Source: Candidatus Bathyarchaeota archaeon (GTDB lineage Archaea; Thermoproteota; Bathyarchaeia; Bathyarchaeales; Bathyarchaeaceae). From it: 64,000 nucleotides of DNA. The position numbers and the translations under genes are program-made. The notes under the pieces were generated by a model that saw only the letters and a program-made list of their open reading frames with translations, was not told the DNA's origin and made no database searches. Of the stretch, positions 10,421 through 19,082 are shown piece by piece. Position 1 is the first letter of the stretch; the number at the start of each line of letters is the position of its first letter. The DNA is taken from assembly GCA_050123155.1 (NCBI GenBank), contig JASFHP010000002.1, forward strand, positions 3,990 to 67,989, read 5' to 3'.

Positions 10421-11053
10421 ATGATGTTTCGTAATTTGCATTTGAATGACTTGAATCAGCTTACAAAATTGTTTAAGGATCATCTCTTTTACTTGGAACA
10501 AGACAAATCAGTTGACCGTTCTTCGCCAAAAAAGGTTGTAAAGCAACTATATTTTCATTACGTGCTTAGCACGCCGTTAGAGTTTTTTGGATTGAACATG
10601 CTCGTTAGTTTTGTTGCCCAAACAGATGATGGACAGATAGTTGGTATAATAACTGCAAGGAGATATCCATTAGCAAAAAGTTGGATTATTGGTCCCGTCG
10701 TCTGTCACAAAGATTTTAGAAATCGGGGGATAGCAACGAAGTTAATGAATTCGATTCTAGAACATCTTAGAACGAAGAAAGCTACATTCGCTCTTGTTTC
10801 AACTGAGAAAAGTAACAAACTGGGATTATTGTTTTTTGAAAAATTTGGATTCAAATACCTGAACGTTAATTCTTCAGACCACAAAGGAGCACGTTTGTAT
10901 ATGCGAAAACTTGCTATGAAATACGGCTATCTTCTAAAACTTCCTAGAAAAGTTCAACCGCTTCATTCAGTGAGCTCTGAACATGAACTACAACCAACCA
11001 AAGAGATCAAAATATGGCGCATCTTGTTAAAGACAATTGATAATACATCCTGA
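10421..11053 (+). CDS. GNAT-family N-acetyltransferase
   Basis: The HKDFRNRGIATKLMNSILEHL segment matches the acetyl-CoA-binding motif A ([RQ]-x-x-G-x-[AG]). Confidence 0.7.
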   Translation: MMFRNLHLNDLNQLTKLFKDHLFYLEQDKSVDRSSPKKVVKQLYFHYVLSTPLEFFGLNMLVSFVAQTDDGQIVGIITARRYPLAKSWIIGPVVCHKDFRNRGIATKLMNSILEHLRTKKATFALVSTEKSNKLGLLFFEKFGFKYLNVNSSDHKGARLYMRKLAMKYGYLLKLPRKVQPLHSVSSEHELQPTKEIKIWRILLKTIDNTS

Positions 11054-11198
11054 AAAAATTGGGGCCACAAAGAAACTTGAACATCATAACTTTTCTCTCA
11101 TTTGCTACCTTTGTTTTTCAATTGGTTAATATGGTCGATATCATACACTAATTGCTGCATCATTTTCTAGTACGACCCAACAATGGAGACTACTTTTC

Positions 11199-12257
11199 AT
11201 GACAGAACTGCAAACAAACCAAACCCCGTTTTCCCAAAAATTGGCTACATTTCAATATTTTCAGAATTATGTTTCCGAAAATATGCGACAAGATAAGGAT
11301 TCAACAGTGAAATTATGTGAAATTCAACGATTGGGCGATAGCGGAATTAAGTCACCCACGCAATCATACTTGCTTAAATTGAAAATAGAAAAAGCAGACA
11401 GGTCATGTGAGTTCGAAGAAATCGTTTTCAAATGCTCAAACCCAAAAATTTTACAATATGGTATTACTTTACTCCAGTCAAAAGATTTCTCAACTATCAA
11501 ATCAATTCAAATTCCAAGAATTATTCATGCGAATTATGATTTAGGATATGTGTTGAAACAATTCGCACCCGGAATGGAGATCACTTTCTTTCTCGGTCAG
11601 ATTTTTGAGCAAGGGTATATTAACAATCAGCAGAAGAAAGTTTTTAAGAAAATGGGTAAAGGGCTTGCAGAAATCCACACTAGACTAAAGATTGTACATA
11701 ATGACGCAACACTGGTTAATTGGATTTATTTCAAGGAAAAAGGTAACGTATCTTTGATCGATTGGGAATGGGGAGGGAGAGGTGATCCAGCATGGGATCT
11801 TTCACGGTTAATCTATGATCTGGGTCGGTTTGTATCTCAATTCACACACGGTTTAAGTTTGAAAAGAACAGATGAAATCTATGACATTTTCACTGGTATT
11901 ACTTCAGCTATCACTAATGGGTATGCGAATTCGTCCAAAAAAAAGAGAAAGATTGTTAGGAAATTGGCAAGTTATTGGATACATTATTCCTTCTCAGTAA
12001 AGCCGGAAATCCACGAAATAATATTTCAATGTTGCGACATTCCTCTACCACAAAAATTCATTGTTTTCAGAAGACTACTCCATGCTATCCATTTCTATAG
12101 ATTAAAGAAAGATCAAACTATTATGAGAAAGATTTTTGGAATATTTGCCCGATTCGTTAGTGTCACTATGTTGGTGAGTGGTAAAAGGAAACGAAGCGAA
12201 AAATTACATGAATTTACAAAACTAACAAAACTTTTCGCGCGAGAACTGAAAAAGTGA
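11199..12257 (+). CDS. Protein-kinase-like fold protein (aminoglycoside/choline kinase-like small-molecule kinase)
   Basis: HNDATLVNW catalytic-loop-like motif (H-x-D-x4-N), followed by LIDWEWGGRGDPAWDLSRL, which is typical of the APH/ChoK family. Confidence 0.55.
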   Translation: MTELQTNQTPFSQKLATFQYFQNYVSENMRQDKDSTVKLCEIQRLGDSGIKSPTQSYLLKLKIEKADRSCEFEEIVFKCSNPKILQYGITLLQSKDFSTIKSIQIPRIIHANYDLGYVLKQFAPGMEITFFLGQIFEQGYINNQQKKVFKKMGKGLAEIHTRLKIVHNDATLVNWIYFKEKGNVSLIDWEWGGRGDPAWDLSRLIYDLGRFVSQFTHGLSLKRTDEIYDIFTGITSAITNGYANSSKKKRKIVRKLASYWIHYSFSVKPEIHEIIFQCCDIPLPQKFIVFRRLLHAIHFYRLKKDQTIMRKIFGIFARFVSVTMLVSGKRKRSEKLHEFTKLTKLFARELKK

Positions 12258-12445
12258 TACTGCCCGATTGAATGTACTCCCTCTTCTTGCAGTCTGTTTT
12301 GTACCTGTTCCAAAAGAAATACCGCACGATACTAAAGAATAGATCAAGAAGCTCTGTCCCATCCCATAACCAGAGAAACTGGCCAATGTTAGTGAGAATG
12401 GGCAGGCATACAATGTTATTTATACCACTTTGTGAGAGAGAAAAA

Positions 12446-14872
12446 ATGTCTGCATCTTTAACTAAGAGATTGAGGGCAAGTTTCGTTATTTGCTTGATTG
12501 GTAGTTTGATGGTGGCATCCATTGCTGGAGGAGCCCTACAAGTTGTAGGCAGTCCGTTACAGACTCTTGAATCTGATGTTAGCCAATCAAAAGCGGGTTA
12601 TCAAGATAGACAAATAGCCCAGTTGAAAGCGTTCATAGATAGTTCCTTGCCCTCTTGGGCGATGCCCTCTTGGGCAGTTGCTGTATTGTATCTTAAAAAA
12701 TTAACCAATATAGATTATGGTGTTGCGGAGGCAAACAGCATTCTCCAAACTTTTGAATGTAGCGGTGGTGAAGACGCTAAAGTTTTTGTCCGCAGTTATT
12801 TTCTATTTAAAGATGAGCCTGTTAGTTTGATGTATCAGGCTACCAAGGATCATTTACGCGCCGAGTTGAAAAAGTTTACCTATAGTGGCCCTACCCAAAA
12901 AGATTTAGATTATATCTGGTATGCAACTTACCCCGACGGCAGTGGTAATGTATATCCTTCATACACAGAGAATCATAAAATGTTCAAAGCGCAACTGTAT
13001 CTTCTGGCAAACCAAGAATTCAAGAACGAATCATCTACGTATCAAGAGAATTATGAGCAATGGAAAACATGGTGGCACAAGTGGTTTGATGAACATGCAA
13101 AAAAGGGATGGTCAGAAATTGCCAATTCTTATTTGTATGGTTTTTCTTTAGTCTCAATCTGCAATGTGTGTGATTTTGTTGACGATTCAAAAATCAAATT
13201 GAACGCCGAGATGACGATCGATTGGTTGTTAGCTGACCACGTTATTGAACAGTTTGGAGGAATACGTGGCGGAGGCAAAGTTCGAACATATACCAGATAT
13301 TCATCACTAGAGTGGAATAGGGGATACTTAGATTATCTGTTTTTTGGTAGTCACGATGAGGTATATTGGAAAGAAGACGGAGAGATATTGAGTACAACTA
13401 GTTATCGGCCCCCAGATGTGTTGATAGACTTAGCTTTGGATGAAGATAAGGGTGTATATGAGATAAAAGAACGCAGACCTTACGGCATATCTGTTACTGA
13501 TCAAAGGTGGCAGGTTAGAAAATATACATATGTTACGCCATCTTATATTCTAGGTGGTTTCCAACGCGGAGACAGCATAAAAGGATACACGTCACACTCA
13601 AACGATCATTTGTTTGGATTAACCTTCAATACTGACGATGACGCATTCATCTTTCCTTGGGGTAAAAATTATGGGATTCCACAAGATCAGCAAGCGTGTT
13701 CTCGTGACCAGGTTTATCAATACAAGAATGTGATGATAGTGACTATGGGTGGTACAACTTCTTGGAAATATGCTAGTACAGAGGGTTACGGCGATCCAAA
13801 TGAAGCACCGGCACGTTGCTATTTTGCTAATTCTGTATTGGACGAAAAGATTGAAGAATCAGGATGGATTTTCATAAAAGAAGGAAACGCTTATGCTGCA
13901 TATAGACCTGTGTCGGGAGGGTACGAATGGAAAAATGAGGATTGGTGGTCAGACCACTTTGACAGCGGTATATATGCAGTGTCTGATGGACCTCTGATCC
14001 CCGCAATCCTTGAAGCCGCCCAAGCTTCAGATTACAGTTCTTTCGAAGCGTTCATAGATGACATTAAAAGTAGATATTTATCCTATAGTAACGACACAGT
14101 GACATATGAGGAATCAGATGGCAAAATGATAGAAGTAGCTTTTGAGGCTCTTTATGATGGTAACAATATCAAGATTGATGGTCAAACACAAGCAACAGAA
14201 CTTGAAAATTACAAGACATTTGAAAGTCCTTACATCAATTCTGATTGGAACTCTGGATATATTGTGATTAGTAAGGATGGAAGAACGTGCATATTAGACT
14301 TCAGAGACTCTGAGAACCCAATAAAAACATGTGAAACAAATGAAAATTCACCACTGATTTCTGTCAGTCCCTCAACTATTGAAGTGCCCAAAGTAGGTGT
14401 TAGTTTTTTGGTTAATATTACCATAACTAATGCAGTTGATGTTCGGGCGTGGAATATGAAAGTTACTTGGGACCATGAGATATTGGAATTCACATCCATT
14501 ACTGAAGGTGATTTCCTAAGCAATGTTGGATCAACCGTTTTTGCGGCAGATGCTCCGCTTCTTTTACCAAACTATAATGACCTTTACCCCGGCGAAATTC
14601 CAGGTCTTTCTTGTGAACTAACAAGTGCACAAAGTGCAACCGGTAGCGGCGTCTTAGTAACGTTGAAATTTACTTCTCAAAGCAATGGTACATGCACTAT
14701 ACTGTTGGAAGACACGGTGCTAAATGGAATTGATGGAGCGTTAGTCATCGAACATAATGTAAGCGATGGAGAAGTTGACGTTATTCCAGAATTTCAAACT
14801 TGGATCCTATTTCCAATTTTTGTAACACTGGCCATATTTTCGGTCTTAGCAAGAAAGCTTCGCGCTCGCTAG
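12446..14872 (+). CDS. Secreted protein: possible heparinase II/III-like polysaccharide-lyase region, cohesin-like module and PEF-CTERM-like anchor
   Basis: Signal peptide MSASLTKRLRASFVICLIGSLMVASIAGG. YTSHSNDHLFGLTF is a heparinase II/III-like motif (tentative). The cohesin-like pattern is VNITITNAVDVRAWNMKVTWDHEILEFTSITEGDFL. The tail is IPEF + TM + RKLRAR. Confidence 0.6.
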   Translation: MSASLTKRLRASFVICLIGSLMVASIAGGALQVVGSPLQTLESDVSQSKAGYQDRQIAQLKAFIDSSLPSWAMPSWAVAVLYLKKLTNIDYGVAEANSILQTFECSGGEDAKVFVRSYFLFKDEPVSLMYQATKDHLRAELKKFTYSGPTQKDLDYIWYATYPDGSGNVYPSYTENHKMFKAQLYLLANQEFKNESSTYQENYEQWKTWWHKWFDEHAKKGWSEIANSYLYGFSLVSICNVCDFVDDSKIKLNAEMTIDWLLADHVIEQFGGIRGGGKVRTYTRYSSLEWNRGYLDYLFFGSHDEVYWKEDGEILSTTSYRPPDVLIDLALDEDKGVYEIKERRPYGISVTDQRWQVRKYTYVTPSYILGGFQRGDSIKGYTSHSNDHLFGLTFNTDDDAFIFPWGKNYGIPQDQQACSRDQVYQYKNVMIVTMGGTTSWKYASTEGYGDPNEAPARCYFANSVLDEKIEESGWIFIKEGNAYAAYRPVSGGYEWKNEDWWSDHFDSGIYAVSDGPLIPAILEAAQASDYSSFEAFIDDIKSRYLSYSNDTVTYEESDGKMIEVAFEALYDGNNIKIDGQTQATELENYKTFESPYINSDWNSGYIVISKDGRTCILDFRDSENPIKTCETNENSPLISVSPSTIEVPKVGVSFLVNITITNAVDVRAWNMKVTWDHEILEFTSITEGDFLSNVGSTVFAADAPLLLPNYNDLYPGEIPGLSCELTSAQSATGSGVLVTLKFTSQSNGTCTILLEDTVLNGIDGALVIEHNVSDGEVDVIPEFQTWILFPIFVTLAIFSVLARKLRAR

Positions 14873-14938
14873 AGGGGGCGTTACATTACCTATTATTAAA
14901 GTAAGTTAACAGATTAGAATATTTAGAGGGTAGATTTA

Positions 14939-15889
14939 ATGAGCAAAAAAAACAGCACAGTATCGGTGGTAATTCCTGCATACAATGAAGAGGAATCCTT
15001 ACCCACATTGATAGAGCGTTTGGTTCAAACGTTTAAAGAGAATCGTCTTGTGGGTGAAATCATAATAGTTGATGATGGTAGCACAGATGGGACCAGAAAG
15101 ATTTCTGAGGAAATGCGCAAAAAGCATAGGCATGTTGAAGTTATTCGACACAAAAAAAGAATGAAGAAGACAGCAGCTCTTCATACAGGATTTGACAATG
15201 CTTCAGGAGACATTGTTGTAATAATTGATGCAGATATGCAATATGCTCCAGAGGATTTACCGAAACTTCTGGCAAAAATCGAACAAGGATATGACGCTGT
15301 CAACGGTTGGAGGAAACACCGACAAGACTCTATCCTCAGAAAGATTCCTTCTTCATTATACAATTTCATTTCACGTATTTCTTTTGGGTTGAAGCTGCAT
15401 GATTTCAACAGCGGGTTCAAAGCATTCAAACGGGATGTACTTAAAGATCTTACACTTAGAGAAGGTCAACACCGGTTCTTTCTCAACATCGCTCACTATA
15501 AGGGATATAGGGTGGGTGAAGTCGCAATCCAGCATTTCCCCCGAAAACAGGGAAAGACAAAATATGGATCTTCTAGAATGTTTTGGGGTTTCTTCGATCT
15601 ATTATCATTGAGACTGCAACTCGCCTTCACCGAACGCCCAATGGCTCTATTCGGTCTTTCAGGAATAATCCTTACCACATTAGGATTTATAGCTGGCGCC
15701 TATGTCCTTGCCCTCAGAATACTCTATAACGAGCCGTTCGACGAACATGTCGCACTGTTGCTCCTAACTGTTTTGCTTATAATTGCAGGGATTCAAAGTG
15801 TTCTGTTCGGTTTCATCGCCGACATGATAGCTAACTTAAGATTCGAACAACACCAAAAACGGCAAGAAGTAACCAACAATGCTGAATAA
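14939..15889 (+). CDS. GT2 glycosyltransferase (dolichyl-phosphate hexose synthase/GtrB-like) with two C-terminal TM helices
   Basis: VSVVIPAYNEEESL, VDDGSTDGT and the IDADMQY (DxD) motif. Confidence 0.9.
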   Translation: MSKKNSTVSVVIPAYNEEESLPTLIERLVQTFKENRLVGEIIIVDDGSTDGTRKISEEMRKKHRHVEVIRHKKRMKKTAALHTGFDNASGDIVVIIDADMQYAPEDLPKLLAKIEQGYDAVNGWRKHRQDSILRKIPSSLYNFISRISFGLKLHDFNSGFKAFKRDVLKDLTLREGQHRFFLNIAHYKGYRVGEVAIQHFPRKQGKTKYGSSRMFWGFFDLLSLRLQLAFTERPMALFGLSGIILTTLGFIAGAYVLALRILYNEPFDEHVALLLLTVLLIIAGIQSVLFGFIADMIANLRFEQHQKRQEVTNNAE

Positions 15890-15982
15890 AACGCATTTGA
15901 GCTACACAAAATCAAGAAATCTTAAGAGTCTATAATGTTAGTAGAATAAAACACAGATTGAGGGAAGCAAAAAATAATATTA

Positions 15983-17524
15983 ATGAGTAATATTTTGAAT
16001 CGGATTTGTGGCATTATGAAAAAACTGTTTTGCAGATTTGATGTTCACAAATTAGCAAGTTTAATAATCATTTTTTGGTTTCTAGCTAATGCTTCGATGG
16101 TTGTGGCTGCCAATAGCAATGAAATTAAAATTATGCCTTTGGGAGATTCCATAACTAACGGTGACAGTAATGGGTGCTATAGACAAAACTTATATCTGAA
16201 CCTGATAGATGCTGGTTTTGACGTAGATTTTGTTGGAAGCCAATCTTATCCTAGTTCACCGGACCCTCCATTTGATACCGATCATGAGGGTCATTCTGGA
16301 TGGTGTGCTTATGAGATACGAGACAATGTGTATGATTGGCTTGAGTTAAATCCAGCAGACTTTGTATTACTTCACATCGGAACAAATGATGTTGCCTTGG
16401 GAACTGAAGATGTTAATGAAATCGCGGAAATTCTAGATGAGATTGATCGATATGAAACAAACTATGCTAGAACTGTTAGAGTCTTTCTGGCTCGCATAAT
16501 ATTAAGATCCGATGATTCTGCACTAAACGAAACAACCAAAGATTTTAACAATGCCGTCGATGGTATGGCCCAAGCACGAATTAGTAACGGAGACGACATC
16601 ACTATCGTAGATATGGAAAATGCTCTAATCTATCCGGACGATATGCGACCTGCTGATGGGGAACATCCCAACGGGGTCGGATATGAAAAAATGGCAGATG
16701 TTTGGTATACCGCTGTATACAACGAACTAATCACTAACAGACCTGTTGCTAACTTTTATGCTTCTCATGTTTCTGGGTTTGAGCAATTGACTGTAAGTTT
16801 CAGTGATGCTTCAACCTCTAATGCTGGTGTTATTTCTTGGTTGTGGGATTTTGGGGATGGAGAAACCAGCAGTGACCCGAATCCAGCACATGTTTATGGT
16901 GAGGGTACATACACGGTTTCGTTGACTGTGGAAGAAGCGGATGGAGACAGTGATACTGAAACCAAGACAGACTATATCACTGTAAAACCTCCAAATTCTC
17001 CTCCAATAGCTAATTTCAACATTCAATCCTCAGCCAAACCAGCAATCAACGAAGAAATCTCTTTCATAGATCAATCCTCTGACACGGACGGCACCGTTAC
17101 TTCATGGTCGTGGATTTTTGGAGACGGAACCACATCATCAACACAAAATGCCACTCACAAATACCAATCTATCGGCAACTATACAGTCTCCCTCACAATC
17201 GAAGATGATGCTGGAGCTACTAGCACACAAACAAAACAGATAACAATCTATGAAATAGATGTTACCAACCCCGATTCTGATGGAGATGGAATACCCGATG
17301 AATGGGAATTACTTCATGGGTTAGATCCGTTGAATCCCTCGGATGCTTCTAGCGACCGTGATGGTGACGGAATCAGCAATCTCGAAGAGTACCAAATGGA
17401 AAATGGCATTGAAGTTCATGATTTTCCAGATTTAACCTTGTCCATCGTACTGGTGATAGCTGTATTTTTCTTGCTCATTTTTGTAGTGTTTTACACTCGA
17501 AAGTTGCGGAAGAGAAAAAACTAA
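15983..17524 (+). CDS. Secreted SGNH/GDSL hydrolase with 2 PKD domains, a Ca-binding D-x-D-G-D-G repeat pair and a C-terminal TM anchor
   Basis: IMPLGDSITNG (SGNH block I). Two PKD-like WDFGDG/WIFGDG units. DSDGDGIPDEWE and DRDGDGISNLEEY repeats. The tail is FPDL + TM + RKLRKRKN. Confidence 0.8.
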   Translation: MSNILNRICGIMKKLFCRFDVHKLASLIIIFWFLANASMVVAANSNEIKIMPLGDSITNGDSNGCYRQNLYLNLIDAGFDVDFVGSQSYPSSPDPPFDTDHEGHSGWCAYEIRDNVYDWLELNPADFVLLHIGTNDVALGTEDVNEIAEILDEIDRYETNYARTVRVFLARIILRSDDSALNETTKDFNNAVDGMAQARISNGDDITIVDMENALIYPDDMRPADGEHPNGVGYEKMADVWYTAVYNELITNRPVANFYASHVSGFEQLTVSFSDASTSNAGVISWLWDFGDGETSSDPNPAHVYGEGTYTVSLTVEEADGDSDTETKTDYITVKPPNSPPIANFNIQSSAKPAINEEISFIDQSSDTDGTVTSWSWIFGDGTTSSTQNATHKYQSIGNYTVSLTIEDDAGATSTQTKQITIYEIDVTNPDSDGDGIPDEWELLHGLDPLNPSDASSDRDGDGISNLEEYQMENGIEVHDFPDLTLSIVLVIAVFFLLIFVVFYTRKLRKRKN

Positions 17525-17535
17525 AAGTAATTATT

Positions 17536-17661
17536 ACAACCCCATCTTGACCCTGACCCAGTTACATGGCCAGATCCGACATCAGGTGGCATCACTGCCA
17601 AAACGACAAATCTTTTGAATATCCCCGTATGCTTTTTCAACTCATTCATTGCAACAGATAA
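17536..17661 (+). pseudogene. Decayed 5' relic of a B12-radical SAM paralog of the gene at 5496-6935
   Basis: An ungapped hand alignment of 17536-17624 with 5511-5599 gives about 70% identity. The relic reads TTPS*P*PSYMARSDIRWHHCQNDKSFEYP against TNPPWPGPGYGARSDVRWPHRRSDKYLEYP, with two in-frame TGA codons. Confidence 0.6.
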
Positions 17662-17724
17662 TTCAGGTGAAAACACAAACAGGGTGTAGATCTTCAAGTG
17701 AGAAGATTTATTAGGTTTTTATCT

Positions 17725-17760
17725 GCCTTATGTCGAATATCGAAATATGATTTATCTATA
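17725..17760 (+). promoter_or_regulatory. Promoter-like motif with core ATATCGAAATAT plus a TATA-like TTTATCTATA, upstream of the epimerase gene
   Basis: It is repeated at 18984-19020 upstream of the archaeosortase, with a similar distance to the start codon. Confidence 0.45.
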
Positions 17761-17816
17761 GTTCATAAGAGTCATGATGCAATTAATCGAAAGCTGATTG
17801 TTGAAGGGAAAAGAAT

Positions 17817-18965
17817 ATGAAGGACCCAAGTTTAGAGAAAATTCTAGTGACAGGTGGAGCTGGTTTTATCGGTTCCCACACTGCAGATCTTCTAATAAAC
17901 AATGGATATGACGTAACCGTAGTAGACAACTTGGAACCCCAAGTTCATGGAAAACTTCAAGCTAAACCAGATTACATAAACAAAGACGCAACCTTCATCC
18001 AACATGACCTTCAAGACCAGAATTTTCTAAAAAAAATGCTTTCAGAAGTTGACGCTGTAATCCATCTTGCCGCCCTTGTTGGTGTGGGTCAATCAATGTA
18101 CCAAATTGAACGCTACATCAACGGAAACACCGGTGCCACCGCTACCTTACTCGATATACTAGCAAAAGAAGAACATAACATAAAAAAACTTGTAGTAGCC
18201 TCCTCCATGAGCGTCTACGGAGAAGGAAAGTACTACTGCGAAGAATGTGCCACCGAAGTCTACCCCAACTTACGGACTCACCAACAACTGAAAAACCAGC
18301 AATGGAATCAATTGTGTCCGAGCTGTGGTTCAATCGTTAAGCCGTTACCAACTGACGAAAATAAGCCTCTGATGGCAACATCCATCTACGCCCAATCCAA
18401 ACGTCATCAAGAGGAAATGTGCCTGCTAGTCGGAGAAACCTATGGTATACCGGCAGTGGCTCTCAGATACTTCAATGTTTATGGTTCCCGCCAATCGTTA
18501 TCGAATCCATACACAGGGGCATGCGCTATCTTCACAAGTCGTATACTAAATGACAAATCACCCTATATATTCGAGGATGGCAACCAAAAGAGAGACCTTA
18601 TTCATGTGACAGACATAGCGCAAGCAAACTTGAAAGCACTCGAAAACAGCAACGCAAACTACGAAGCCATAAACATTGGAACAGGAAAAGCAATCTCAAT
18701 CGTCGAACTGGCGGAAACCTTGATAGAACTCTACAACAAACCTAACCTCAAACCACACGTATCCAACGAATACCGCAAAGGCGACATTAGACATTGCTAC
18801 GCCGACACAACAAAAGCTCAAAAGCTCCTCAATTTCAAGCCCGCAACAACTCTACAGGAAGGGCTAACCGAGCTAGCTGGATGGGCCAAAACCCACGGAT
18901 GGGACGCAGTAGACCTCTTCGAAAAAGCGTTGCAAGAACTTAAGGCAAAACGTCTTGCAACCTAA
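17817..18965 (+). CDS. NAD-dependent sugar epimerase/dehydratase (extended SDR) with an inserted CxxC...CxxC zinc-ribbon
   Basis: VTGGAGFIGSH and YAQSKRHQE (YxxxK). The insert is CEECATEV-x19-CPSCGS. Confidence 0.85.
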   Translation: MKDPSLEKILVTGGAGFIGSHTADLLINNGYDVTVVDNLEPQVHGKLQAKPDYINKDATFIQHDLQDQNFLKKMLSEVDAVIHLAALVGVGQSMYQIERYINGNTGATATLLDILAKEEHNIKKLVVASSMSVYGEGKYYCEECATEVYPNLRTHQQLKNQQWNQLCPSCGSIVKPLPTDENKPLMATSIYAQSKRHQEEMCLLVGETYGIPAVALRYFNVYGSRQSLSNPYTGACAIFTSRILNDKSPYIFEDGNQKRDLIHVTDIAQANLKALENSNANYEAINIGTGKAISIVELAETLIELYNKPNLKPHVSNEYRKGDIRHCYADTTKAQKLLNFKPATTLQEGLTELAGWAKTHGWDAVDLFEKALQELKAKRLAT

Positions 18966-18983
18966 TCTCATCTTTTGTTCTGT

Positions 18984-19020
18984 GCCCTTAGTATCGGATA
19001 TCGAAATATTGCTTATATAA
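18984..19020 (+). promoter_or_regulatory. Second copy of the ATATCGAAATAT + TATA-like (GCTTATATAA) promoter motif
   Basis: It aligns with 17725-17760. Its position argues that the archaeosortase starts at the ATG at 19083 (or 19044) rather than the TTG at 18975. Confidence 0.45.
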
Positions 19021-19082
19021 CATTTTTTGTCTTTCATGCTGTTATGGATTCATACGTAAAGGTCAATCGGGAAGAAAAGAAC

